Below, piece by piece: positions 36,101 to 48,907 of a stretch of 64,000 nt of DNA. The position numbers and the translations under genes were made by a program. The notes under the pieces are model-generated. The model had not been told where the DNA came from, did no database searches, and saw only the letters and a program-made list of their open reading frames with translations. This stretch comes from Amphiscolops sp. MND2022 (Eukaryota): NCBI GenBank assembly GCA_964187785.1, contig OZ076421.1, positions 51,708,001-51,772,000 of the forward strand, in the 5' to 3' direction. Positions within the stretch are counted from its first letter, which is position 1, and each line of letters opens with the position of its first letter.

Positions 36101-39100
36101 TTCCCAGTGTATTTGGTTGAATTACTTATGACTGTTTCCATTTTGCAAATGAAGGCAATATCAGGGAAATTTGTTCCACAGCAATCACGCTTCAAAAGAA
36201 AGGTAATATAATCTAGGTCCATATTTGGTTACTCACTCAACCCCCCCCCCGCTTATAATGCCGCGTACTTCTACTACTCTCAAGTAAAAACAAAAAGAAC
36301 AAAAAAGAGCCAATAGCTAGCGGACCAGAAGCCAGAAGCCAGAAGTCAGAAGGGGAGAAGGGGAGAGATGAGCAGGCATAAGACAGAGTTTTATGGTCAT
36401 AACATGATGGTGACCCAAAAAAAGCAGCCTTGAAGAAGTCGCCACGAAATTTGAACAATAAAACTCGAGGCTAAAAAGTAAATGCAATTAAACTGGCAAA
36501 CCTTGTGCATTTGTCTGTATTAGTCACAATGCGTATTGAGATTTAAGCTTTAGATTTTCAAGACTGGTGGTTCAAGTGTCATTTCATCAGCAAGGTTTAG
36601 CAATATTCTTAGAAAAAAAAGTAATTAGGCCACTTATTTTGCGCTGAGGTTCTAAATAGAAGCTTTGTGCAAGTTAAAAACGACGAATTTTTCTCGAATT
36701 CAAAGTTCAATCAAGTTGGTCAGAAGAGGTTGAAAACAGACTGAAAATCTCGGACCTTTTTTAGTTTGGTCAACTGTTCAAAAATCCAGGAAGGTCTCAG
36801 TTTTGATTGACACCCATTCTGATTCGAATTTTCAATCCAGCACTTTTGATCAATTTTTTGTGATCATTACCTTCGGGAAAATTGTTTTGTATACTCTGCT
36901 GATTAACAATTATGATATTCTAAAGTATACATTTTGAGAGAGCTTTTTTTCCGCGTGGAATTTAACAAAGTCTATTGTTGTGAAATTCTGCACTCCGAGA
37001 ACAATAACTGAAGGTGAAACTTCCAGGAATGGTGGTTGTTCAAAAGCAATTTTGTCGCAACGATGGCAACTCAAGTTACATTGTCTGTTGAGTTTTTGTT
37101 GATAGTCGTCAATACACGTAACTCCGATGGTTCTCTCAGAGCTCTTTGCGCCAGCTATTGAAAAAAATTTCTTTTGTCGATCATATATATCTTGGACTGC
37201 ATTGATTTTTCAACCACTTTTGGTTTTTTTCGTTTATAAAAAAGAAAATGATGAAACAAAAATTGTCCCTGGTAAAGCTCATTATGTGCACGGCAGTGGC
37301 CAATTGATTATCAGCAGAGCAGTTAAACAAGTCTCGACATTTTTCCTGGGTCTCAAAAGAAGTCTGGATCGGTAAGTTTTGGCTAGTACCAGAGCATTGA
37401 CTACCCAAAAGGTATCAATCTTCAACCCATTTTAGTCCAGAAGAATATCAAAAATTCCGGCGCGAAAAATTGCATATTTTTGTTACTCTGACAATTTCTA
37501 CTTAGAAAACCTTGATCAATAAAAGATAAAAACGCTAGTTCTTTTAATCGGACAAACTCTTTCATGAAAATGACTTCGTAAAAATTTTCATTTTTTGTTT
37601 CGAGTTTTATAATCCAAGTTTGGTGTTATCTGGTTCACCTGTGATTAAAAATAAAATGTTTTGCACAGTTTTTTAACGTTCAAAAAAAGTTTCTAATACT
37701 TATTTCCAAACTTTTTTATTCACGGCATGTTTCAGCAGTAAGCAGCTTTGATTCTCATGGACTTTTTTTATGGACATTTGTGTTCACGCTACTGACAGTG
37801 AGTGTGACGTCACACAACAGACTGGCCAACAGATGCAAAGTTTCTCAGTGTGAGTTCAAAGTCACACCCGAACATGCGGCCCAAATAGCTTTCATCCAGC
37901 AACTGGGAATCTCTGAGGAAGACTGCATCCGGAGACTCACCGCCATCCAAGTGCCAGAGGTAGGGGGTTGTGATCTTTTTTTGTAATTTACGCCCACCAA
38001 TTTAATTCCCCCAGTTGAGCGGTCAAGTGAATTATTTCTTTGAATTGATAGTAACAACCAATCAAATTGCAGCTTTTATAACTCTAGCTGCGACTGTTCG
38101 CGTACGTAAGAGTCTACTGAACTCTCTCTAGACATACGTCTACAATTTTCCTGCGTAAAACACGTTTTGGGCCCATTTTCCCACGTTTTCTGAGTGTTTT
38201 CAACTTCGGGGTGCCGTTGTAGCCCACGGCACCTTCGGTCCACCACGGTGAAAGTAGACGTCCTCGGGCTTTCTTGTAGCCCGCAGGACCCTCGATCCAC
38301 CGCGGTGAAATTAGCTCTCCATTGTGTATCTAGCGTATTTTGGATAGACGGAAGCACTCTCTCGGCTAATGCCGCTGTAATTGCGTCTTGCATCTGAAAA
38401 TATAATCTAGATTTGATCTCATTGAGTTTTCTAGACATCTGATTAGTAAACTCTTCGCTAACCATTCTAGTTGTTTCAGTGGTCATCTCGCTATTCTCTC
38501 AACTACTTGTATTCAGCAATGACCGGAAGTCTTCTCCAATTAAATTGAAACTTTGCTGAGGCCTAGTGGACCCTGAGTCCAGATTCAATTCACTTTCACT
38601 CAGATCATTCCTCTCAACTTCCCTAGAGTAGCTTCCTAACATTATGTCGACATTTTCAACATCAGACATAATGTCTAACTGTCTAGAGCGCCTCTCTTTA
38701 GCTTTCTGCTTTATAGTTGAAGGCATTGGAGATAAGTTGAATGTGACAAAAAATTGAATTGACCGAATGTCTTGGATATTTATTTGAATACTAAGAAAGT
38801 GAGTACAACAAGTATACAACAGCAAGTTCAATGAAGAATCAAACAAGTAGCAGCTTGTACGTGTTGATTTTGATCAAGAAGGAACAGAATTCCATTGTGA
38901 CCCGCTGGTCACAACTATATATAGTTTTCCTTGCATGACAAGCAAAAATGTGTCAGTCAAGTTACTAAAAATAACAACCAGGTTAATTCATTGTTGATGA
39001 CATCACCGTTACGTCACTATTTGCCCGGCTAAATAAAGCAACCAAGCAAAGCTGGGGGGAGCAAGCGGTGTCAACCGAGTGTCCTAATTCTATATCTAGC

Positions 39101-39699
39101 AACATTCAACTAAATTCGAATCGGAAAAATACATGAATCCGACGTTTAAGGCAACACTACATGATGAGAGAATTTACATAACTTCAACATTTTCACCGTA
39201 GCGGACCACAACTGTGACCAACTACAGTAATGTACTTGAATTCTATAGCAGTACTGATTACGTGTTAATTTAACCGAGGAGGACTACGAGTCCACGCGGC
39301 TACATTAAAACTAGTACAAATACTGCACTGTGATTGGATAATTAAATTAGGACAGCGAGTACACTGAGCTACAGTAGAAGCTCATTTGAACTTGTTTCCT
39401 AATTGCGTTTGATTACATGCATCCAATTCAGCAAAGTTTATATGATTTTCTTTACAAATTGATATTTCAACAATCGACAACATATCGGCAAAATCAGGCC
39501 CAAGTTTAAGTAATAATCAACTAAATATTAGGTCCTCTACGGTAAAACATAAAGAAGTGACAATAGCATCAAAAACACATGTATTTAATGATACTTTTAA
39601 TCTTTATTGGACAAAACGGGAAGTATTCCTGATGGGGTTAGTTTCAGCATATTCTTAGAGAATTTGGTAGTAATTACCGTCGCAGGCCCGTTGGTGGTT

Positions 39700-40520
39700 C
39701 ATACCCTCTAAGTTGGCGTCTCTTCGAGTCTGCCTTTCGTGATAAGATTCGCCTCGTCTTGTTGTTGACTCAAGGTTTGTAAGTTTTGCTGTTTCATGGA
39801 TTTGCTCCTACAAGCCTCCAGAGACAATACAAATGCTGTATACTGCAGCGTTTGGCCCACCACAGTTCTACACAATACGTAGTCATACCGTCCAAAACTG
39901 AGGGCCCTGTTCAATCAACGGAGGTGATTGGGCAGTATCTTCAAATGGACAAAAGTGAAGCGATGACTGATGGGGCAATTATTCGCTCGTTCCAAACCAT
40001 TCCGTCCTGTTCCCAGCTCTACATTAGCAGGCTGAAGTTCTCCTGACCGTAGGTCCTCTAAGTCTTCCCACGGAAATTCAGGTGGGAAACATCATCATCA
40101 TGAGATGTCCGATGTCATTTGGCAGGGAGTAATTGTTACCGGTAACGTGATTGGGACGTGTCGGTAACAAGCAATCACTTCTATGTCGCCATTGTCTGAG
40201 GGACGCCCAGTTGCTTGTGTTCACACCGAATGCACGTCCACTTCCATTCCTTCTTCCTCCAATGAGAAATAAGCTGGGCTTACTAGGAAGGTCGTACGTC
40301 GTCGAGGACAAACTGCACATCCATTTTAGTTTGATATCGCAGTGGGAAAAATTTCTTCGCAATTTTGAGCATTTTGGTGATTGACTGTTTTATGCGTTCT
40401 AAATCAGATTCAATGATTCTCTCTGAGATGTGCGGACTACCGGGCTTCCGTGATTTCGCGGGGTTTTCCTGGCGGGGAAATCAGTTTCTGATCTTCCTTA
40501 ACTTCTACCAACTTTCCATA
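39700..40520 (-). pseudogene. Sense-strand accessory ORF remnant downstream of pol (~270 codons)
   Basis: Near-continuous frame ...RIIESDLERIKQSITKMLKIAKKFFPLRYQTKMDVQFVLDDVRP..LISHWRKKEWKWTCIRCEHKQLGV/SDNGDIEVIACYRH...EFPWEDLEDLRSGELQPANVELGTG, with a few stops and one frameshift. Confidence 0.5.
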
Positions 40521-41565
40521 GATGTTGATTTTCAACCGATTTCCTGAATCGGTAACTAAGGTAACCCTCACATTAACAGGTTCTTGAAGGACCTCTAGTT
40601 GTTTACAGAATCACTTAATGCTAGTGAATCGGTGCCATAAGTGTTAACATGAGTTAACTATCAGTAAATAAATTCACCATCAAAGACCTTCGGTCCGCGT
40701 GGCTACATCAATTGAATTGACCAATGAGGTGGCTATGACAAATGAAGGAGAAAATTCGACAAATTATGAAAAAAATGGCAATTTTGTCTATATTAAATCT
40801 ATTCTACAGGGTAAACTAAGCTACGAAATGAAGTTAAGGGCATGATATTTACTGGCAGGTTCCATCCATGATGAAAAAGATTATAATTAAATAATAATAC
40901 GAGAGGTACATGAACTGAGTAGAAAGTAATTTGAGACGAAAAAACTGATTTATAGGCAACGACGTCAATTTTTATTTCAGGTAAATAACCGCCTTTGAAT
41001 CCTAGCACTTTTTTTTGAGTAATCTGTAATCTGTATTTAATATCGGGCAACGTCGGTAAATTAAAGTAGCATTAACACAGCTAAAATTCATATTTCTGTG
41101 CCTGTGCTCTAGTACTCTGCATCTTCTGGCATCACGATTAATCACTTGACATCAGTCCATATATTATGGATTCTTACTTTCTTAATACATACAACTTGAA
41201 GTCCGCTCGGTTCGAGAAGATCCTATCCAGGCGCGAATTAGAGCCTGAACTTTGAGAAGGGACAAAGAATCTGGTATTGCAGTCAACGAATTCAGACTCA
41301 CAGAACATCATTTGGCCGTAAACATGTTGCCTTTCCCTCATGCAAATCAGGTTGGTTCTTTAATTTTGTCTAGGCTAAAGTTGATCAGTGTTTAGGCTTG
41401 ACTGTTATGTTACTTCCTCCATCGTGAAATGTTTTCAAATAAGATTGAAAAGAATGAATTTTACTTCCAGAAGACTTCAAATGGATGGATTTATTTGCAG
41501 GAAGTTAACCGCGTAAATATAATCCTTTTCCTTAAGGAAAAGGACCTAACGGGCAACCGACCCAA

Positions 41566-44500
41566 ATGGCAAGTGAAAATAGAGACGTTACCACAGCTAG
41601 TTCTATTGATCCTCCTGCAAATCCTGGCACTTCTAACAGTGGAAATCCGCCCATGGAATTGGCGACAGCGATTGAATCTTCCCATCAGCTTTCCACAAGT
41701 CCAATGTTGACGGATCTGTTACCATCTGCCATAGAAATTATAGGAGACGTTACGCATCGCAATTCGTGCGATCAGGAGTCAACTGGTAAAGATGCTCTTG
41801 GTCAGCCAATTTATAGAGACCCGTCAAATTTCCTGCCACCGTCTCCAGATTATTCACCATCTCTGATGAATTTGCTTGCCTGCGACAACAGGAGCTCAAG
41901 AAAAGCATCCAGGCATACCTTGCCCGCAAGATTAAAAGTTTTGATGAATTAACCGCGGAACATGAAGTCCCGATGTAGCTTGTCAACCCCCCCGCGAAAG
42001 TGAAAGCGGATTGATCACTGTTAAAACCGCGTTGAACTACCAGCAGGGCTCAAAACATCCTGTACTGACGGAGCCTGTGTCTTATAGTAACACTGACCTC
42101 GGGGCCAGACAGATCCCGAGTCTACCGCTAATCTAAGGGGCTCAACCATTGCCCAAGCACTAAACTTTGGGTCCCGAGAGCTTTACTCAAATCTGAGCAA
42201 TGTTTACAGCACTTTCACTACAATCGGGCTGCCTAGCACTCCAAAAGGCCCTTTCCTAAGACCAACTAGCTAGCCATTGATGAATGAATATTTTTCCGAT
42301 ATCGATCCGTGCAATTGTCCTAAAAGCCACCCTAAAAGGTATAGCTTCCACCCAGGATCAAATTAGCACGGGCTTGAATATTACGGCTGATGAAACTGTA
42401 AAGGCTTCTTGCAACATGTTGGAGAGTGTTATTCGAAAAACCAGGGGTTTATCCCTGGGTCCCAATTTCAGGCAAGCCCTTACGCCTGTGGGTCCTCGGG
42501 GTCACTCTATTCGCAAGATTAGGGGTTCGATTTCTGGACAGTGTAGCGATACCAGCGGCGACGTTCGCAGTAGCGATGACTTCTCCAGTATAGGGTATTC
42601 TTTCGAGAACCTAAAGGCCGAAAAGGTTGCTGCCCCACCCAATGCAGGAGAGGGACCATCATGTAGCTACACATACCCACGGTCCGACCCGGTTGATTTT
42701 AATGCCGACAGTCCTGACCGACAGACCCCATTGAAGGCTGAGGCCATTAAGGATAAGAGAAAGCTTTACAGTAACCAGCGTGGCCAATTCACGACTTCAT
42801 CCCGAGGCACAAGAACCCACATGACAGTCACCAGGTCATGCAAAGTAACGATCCAGGCGTGTATTAAAGGGATGGAAGAGACTCGAACTTTCCTCTGTGG
42901 CCCCATGGACCCAAGATGGAAACCCTATGAATTCCATCGCCAGATTTGTAAGGCAAGCGTTTCAATTTACGGCGAAGGAGCCAGGGAATAACTGCGACAC
43001 CACTCCAGCGAGAAACATCTACGTAAGGACAAGATGTAGAGAAATGATTATCTCTACAAGATTTACTCTATTACGAAGTCAAAGATCCCTCTATTAAGTC
43101 AAAGATCCCTCAGTTCCGAGGTAGGGACGGGACGTTGCTGACCTCTTATCATTTGGAAGTAGAACTGGCAAATTTCATAGTTGCCACATTAGTGGAGATG
43201 GGCCAAAAACTACCATTTTACAATGAATACATGGCTGGGCCGACCACATGTCGGCATCATCAGAAAACCGGGCACGAATCCAATTGTCAGTACGTGGCAG
43301 ATTTCTTCCTGCCCATGGAGATCTTGAGGTCCTAAAATCATTCTGGGAAGACGTGGGGGTCATTGTCAACCATCAGACTTTGTTCTTGAACTTTGATTGG
43401 GGGAAAGAACAAGTGACTTTTAATAGCTCCATTATTCAGCAGACCAACCTTGGGAACCTCTCACCTAAATAATCACGACGCCTGTTCATTTCGTTGTTAT
43501 TTTCAGTCTGTATTTCATCACATGTTCCTTCAAATCATTGAAAATGTTGGAACACACATTAATGCGTCAGGCTAATATGCAATTGAGTTCGCAACAGACT
43601 CGGTGTTTCTACTGGCCTTCGATCGGATTTGAGGGAAAGACCAACTCGGTCGAGTTTTCCTCAAGCGGACAGGACGTATTCAGGGACAGTCCCACGCTGA
43701 GGTGTGCCTGCTCCCCTGCATAATGAGAGTTTTTTCAACCAAGCCCTCCCTGATTAGCTGTACTGACCGTACCCCTCGAACTGTCCAATTAGTCGACCAA
43801 AGTCCGTACAACCCTTTCGGAGTACAAAACCCACCACGATTTGAGGAGCCTAATTTGTCCTCCCTAATGCATAAGAAGAGCCAACTCGTCTTTGGCGGTA
43901 TTGACTTCGTTTCTGTCCTGCGCTATCTGGTCACCTCTCTGGGAGGCTGTTTGGAATTGGACTGGGCCTTACTCTCTCCTCAGTCGTCCAAGGAACGACA
44001 AAAGATTTTAGTAGACTGTCGGCTTTAGCCACCACCCGACACAAATATAAATCTTCATTGGTATTTGGGCATGATTACATCAGCATAGCAATACCTAACT
44101 CTGATATGTGTTCCATGTCATCAGGACTTGACGTCAGTGGGCTCCCTCCTCTCTGTCAGGAGTTGGTTGACAACTGGTCAAAGGTGCTCACCAGTTGTCA
44201 GTTATCTCAACACCAAATATGCTGTATACCAAGAGTTGCAAGGTGTCCGTAAGCAGGTAATTCCAACCCAACCTTCTAGCTTTGGAGACTTTTCGTCGCG
44301 GTTAGTCCTAGTACCTACTGTTCTAGTCTCAGAATATCGAATGGTCAATCGTGCATGACGACCTCTTTGCCAGCAGATTGGAACTGTTCTACCGTCTCGG
44401 ACACGATTATGAGTGGTGTTTATTGTAATTCACGTATATTTTGGTAGCTATTAGCTCTTTTTCCACATACCAACAGTTTCACACTGAACCTCAAGACCAG

Positions 44501-44662
44501 GCGGGATCGGGGCTTCCACAGTGCAAGCTTCCAGATGCAAAGGCATTATCCATAAAGGACTTCATCTCCAGGTCCATGTTGGGTGCGTGGCTCGACGTCT
44601 GTTGTAAGCAGGAGGCGGAGAAGAAGATCAAAGAAGCAAGGAATAAAAGGACAGTAAGTTAA
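41566..44662 (+). pseudogene. Antisense accessory ORF cluster (~3.1 kb) including a BED/C2H2-like zinc-finger remnant
   Basis: A chain of + ORFs (41566..41952, 42284..42991, 43135..43335, 43248..43472, 43702..44028, 44128..44358, 44441..44662). At 42930-43030: H(R/C)QIC-x16-HHSSEKHLRKD. Confidence 0.6.
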
Positions 44663-47600
44663 ATGTCTAACTAGTATCTGTATTCATCAGTGAATTTTCG
44701 GGTGAGTTAGAACTAAAATTATATTTTCCTCCCCTAGTGCTTTCATTCTCATCAATCGTGTCATCATTTTCATCGTCTAATACTTTGGCCACGATAGTAT
44801 CGCTCCCTTCTAACAATTGTTGATCATCAAGCCAGTCATTCGTGCGTTCTGAGCGTCTTTTTTCAGACTGTTCAAAATTTTTCCGTGTGGACGGTGAAAA
44901 TTTCTCCTGGAAGGCTACCGTCGTCCCCGAGACTGTTAGAAGTATCTGCAGCGTCTATATGTGTACGGATCGTGTTTTGTTCCGGTTGAGTAGGGAAAAT
45001 TCACCAGAATTAGTTTCCCACGTGATGACGTCAAGGTTATTCTGCGTAATGACAATTTCATCATCCGTTTGCCAATTGCATTCCGGTCTAATGTCCTGTA
45101 GCACGCAATTCGGTTCATACTTACGCAGTCTAATGCGTTGTACTATTTGAATTTTGTTGGAAAGGAGTTTTCTGACTATATAATTTTCGTTCGACAGAAT
45201 TTTTTCCACAATAAAAGGACCCATTCACCTATATTCGCGAAATGGAGACTTGCGAACAGTCCCATTTGTAAAAGAATTTTATGCCTGTCTCAAGTTGGGC
45301 AGCGTCAGTCAAGGTACTGACAGGATGTTGGTTGTTGATGTAGTCATCCGAGATCAAATTGTTTATTTTCCTCAAGCCAAATAAGGGTCGCAATTTGTCA
45401 TTTGGTTTCTTTTGAGCAAATATCGGGCTCGCATACTTGGAAAACGGGAGTGTCGTTATAATCCTGTAGCGGTGGAGAAGGGCCAGTTCTACGAGGATGT
45501 TCTCTTTGAGAGTAATTGGCGTCAGTGGGCTTTGACTGTACGCCGGTGAGTCATCCTCTGGCGTTAATTTCACTTTGAATTCCTCATTCATGCCAAGTCC
45601 GTCCAGTCGAAATTGCTTAGGAATTGTTGTCTTGACTCAAAATTATCCTGTCGATTGAGTTTCCGAAGTACCTGAAGGCCGCTTAGTTCGGAAAAAATTC
45701 GTTTTGGAAACGCTGTGTGATACTGAGGATTTCCAAGGTCTTTTGATGTGGGAAACCAGTAGTTTTCGGTGAAGTCCTCAGGTTTCGTGGGTTCGTTTAA
45801 GCTACTTGCGTAATGAGCAGCATCCTTAGGATTATCTTGCAATAGGTGCCACGTGGTCACCGGATCGATAGGTTTGACATATTTCATCTGTTCCGGGGTT
45901 AGGACAGTAAAATTTGCAATTTTCGTACCTCTTTGAAACTGTATGGGGTGTCGGTGAAATTGTTCAGGTGAACGTCGACTTGACCATTTGTCAAAGTGAC
46001 CACAGCGGCACAAAAGGCAATATCGCCATCATCGGTGAGTGTGTTGCTCGGTTGAAGTATGCCACTAACTGTAGTGTCTTCATACAGTTATGAGGCCATG
46101 AAGAATAGATGTCGATCATTAAGTGGGATGGTCACAACCTCCCTAATGCAGATGAGTTCCATGACGTTGGTGTACTTGTGGTCCGCCGTTTTCAACTGCA
46201 TAGAGAAAAGGGGAAACTTTAGAACACCTTGTCTCATGTCCAGAATGGTGTTAATCCGTTGGAGGAATGAAAGGCCAATTAATTGACTAGTGAGTTTATC
46301 CATAACTATGAATATTTCGTGGAACACTATGTCTCCTACTTCAGATTTAAACTCGACTCTGCTCTTCGGAGTTTCCAGCTGCCTGTTAGCAATCATGATT
46401 TGGAAGTTGGGTGACGGGTCCACTTTTATTTTAATAGGGTCCACTTTTATTTTAATAGACTGAGGGGCTAATAATCGCAGACTTTACGTATTTCAGTTTC
46501 TGGGATTGCGGTAGATAGTGCTTCCGTGTCTACAACGCCATCCTCAAGTCCATTGAGCTCTCGTTCTAAATGAGTGACTTTTTCCTCATAAATCGCGTCT
46601 TCGAGTCTAGTCATATTGACTGAGCGTTTCAATTTTGGCGGCAAATTGGCAGAGGAGACTATCGATCATTGCTTGGGCGTTTTCGCCAAACGCTTTTTCA
46701 GCTTTTTGATTAAGTTCCTCAAAGAAGTCGGGCGGTTTCATGGTGTTTGGGTCACACACCAATCTGTGCCATTTGTGTTTGGCGGTCGCCTGGGACTCAG
46801 CGTTAACGTATTTCAGACGAAATACGGCCAAGTTGTCCTCTAATGTCTGCCTATTTGCTGTATTGATATTGCGGAGTGCGTTTTTGCGTAGCAATGAATG
46901 GAAGTGGTTCATTTTCATTGCTCCGGTCATGTCAGGTTGCATTTTGATCATTTTGTGGAAGTGATCTTCGAAAAGGTTGAATTTTTTCCGATTTGCCGTC
47001 AAACGTTAGTGTAGTGTTGCTGACTGGGCGTACCATCGGATTTTGTGCTGATGGACGGTTATTTAGGCCGACCAATACTTCAGCAAGACGGTTAATGGAG
47101 TCTGAAGGGGTAATTTGACTTGTAGTCTCCTGGACAGGAGGGACCGGGTCCTGAGACTCATCATTGTTGGAAGTTTGACGGTGTACTGGTTCTCGGGATT
47201 GCATGGGCCGTCCAGTGAGGAACTCAGGAACCCTATGTGGGGTAAGGTTGGCTCCTGTAACCATGTCGCGATTTTGTTCGCCTACATAAAAGTCTACTGA
47301 ACTCTTTCTAGACATACGTCTACAATGTTCCTGCGCAAAACACGTTTTGGGGCGATTTTCCCACGTTTTCTGAGTGTTTTCAACTTCGGGGTTCCGTTGT
47401 AGCCCACGGCACCTTCGGTCCACCACGGTGAAAGTAGACGTCCTCGGGCTTTCTTGTAGCCCGCAGGACCCTCGATCCACCGCGGTGAAATTAGCTCTCC
47501 ATTGTGTATCTAGCGTATTTTGGATAGACGGAAGCACTCTCTCGGCTAATGCCGCTGTAATTGCGTCTTGCATCTGAAAATATAATCTAGATTTGATCTC

Positions 47601-48875
47601 ATTGAGTTTTCTAGACATCTGATTCGTAATCTCTTCGCGAATCATTCTAGTTGATTCAATGGTCATCTCGCTATTCTCTCTACTATTTTATTCAGCAATG
47701 ACCGGAAGTCTTCTCCAATTAAATTGGAACTTTGCTGAGGCCTAGTGGACCCTGAGTCCAGATTCAATTCATTTTCACTCTGATCATTTCTCTCATCTTC
47801 CCTAGAGTAGCTCCCTAGATTTTCTACATCAGACATAAAGTCAAATTGTCTAGAGCGCCTCTCTTTAGCTTTCTGCTTTCTAGTTGAAGGCAATTGAGAA
47901 AAGTTGAACGTGACAACAATGAATTGATCGAATGTTTTGGATAATTACTTGAATACTAAGAAAAATAACAAGTATACAGAAGCAAGTTCAATAGAGACTC
48001 AAAGAAGTAGCAGCTTGTTCGTGTTGATTTTGATCAAGAAGGAACAGAATTCCATTCTCTCCTGCTGGTCACAACTATATATAGTTTTCTTTGCATTGCA
48101 AAATGTGTTGGTCATGTTACTAAAAACAGCAACCAGGTTAATTCAGGGTCGATGACATCACCGTTACGTCACTATTTGCCGGGCTGAATATATCATCGAA
48201 GCAAAGCTGGGAAAGCGGTGTCAACGAAGTGTCTTAGTTCAAAATATAGCAACATTCAATTGAATTCGAGTACGACACATACATGCATCCTACGTTTAAG
48301 GCAACACTACATGATGAGAGAATTTACAAAACTTCAACATTTTCACCGTAGCGGACCACAACTGTGATCAACTACAGTAATGTACTTGAATTCTATACCT
48401 GTGCTGGTCACGTGTTAATTTAACCGAGGCGGACTACAAGTCCACGCGGCGGCTACATAAAAACAAATACTGCACTGTGATTGGATACTTAAATTAGGAC
48501 AGCAAATGCGCGTGCGCTGAGCTACAGTAGAAGCTCATTTGAACTTGTTTCCTAATTTCGTTTGATTACATGCATTCAATTCAGCAAAGTTCACCATGAT
48601 TTTCATTACTATTTGATATTTCAATATTCGACAGCATTTCGGCAAAATCAGGCACAGTTTTAAATAATATTCAACTAAATAATACTCTATTAACTAAAGT
48701 ACTAATTTTCTTGTGGCCGTATGGACTATAGGTCCTCTACGGTAATAAAATATGAAGTAATAATAGCATCAAAATCACATGTAGTTGATGATACTTTTAG
48801 ACTTTCTCGAACTTAACGGGAATTACTCCTGGCGAGGGGTTAGTTTCAGTATATTCATGGGGAATTTGGTAGTAA

Positions 48876-48907
48876 TTCCCGTCGCAGGCTTCAGCCTGCG
48901 ACAGGAA
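48876..48907. other. GC-rich hairpin GTCGCAGGC-TTCA-GCCTGCGAC (Helitron-like terminal hairpin?)
   Basis: A perfect 9-bp stem, extendable by TTCC/GGAA after one mismatch. Only the left arm is present in the 39679-39687 copy. Confidence 0.6.

Larger units (their letters stand above)
38095..48889 (-). mobile_element. Large Gypsy element with gag, PR, deleted pol, ~5-kb accessory 3' region and a repeated 1.6-kb 5' block
   Basis: gag (46932..47666, 46607..47002), PR DGVVDTEALSTAIP, RT N-terminus (SKYASPIFAQKKP..RKINNLISDDY..WDCSQ) fused to the IN tail (GPFIVEKIL), pol end RGGKYNF at ~44730. 38095-39687 is a direct repeat of 47275-48889. Confidence 0.88.

Noticed and set aside
38095-48889. DIRS/Ngaro tyrosine-recombinase element with split direct repeats
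   Set aside because: The element has an aspartic protease and a Gypsy-type integrase tail. No tyrosine recombinase motif was found.
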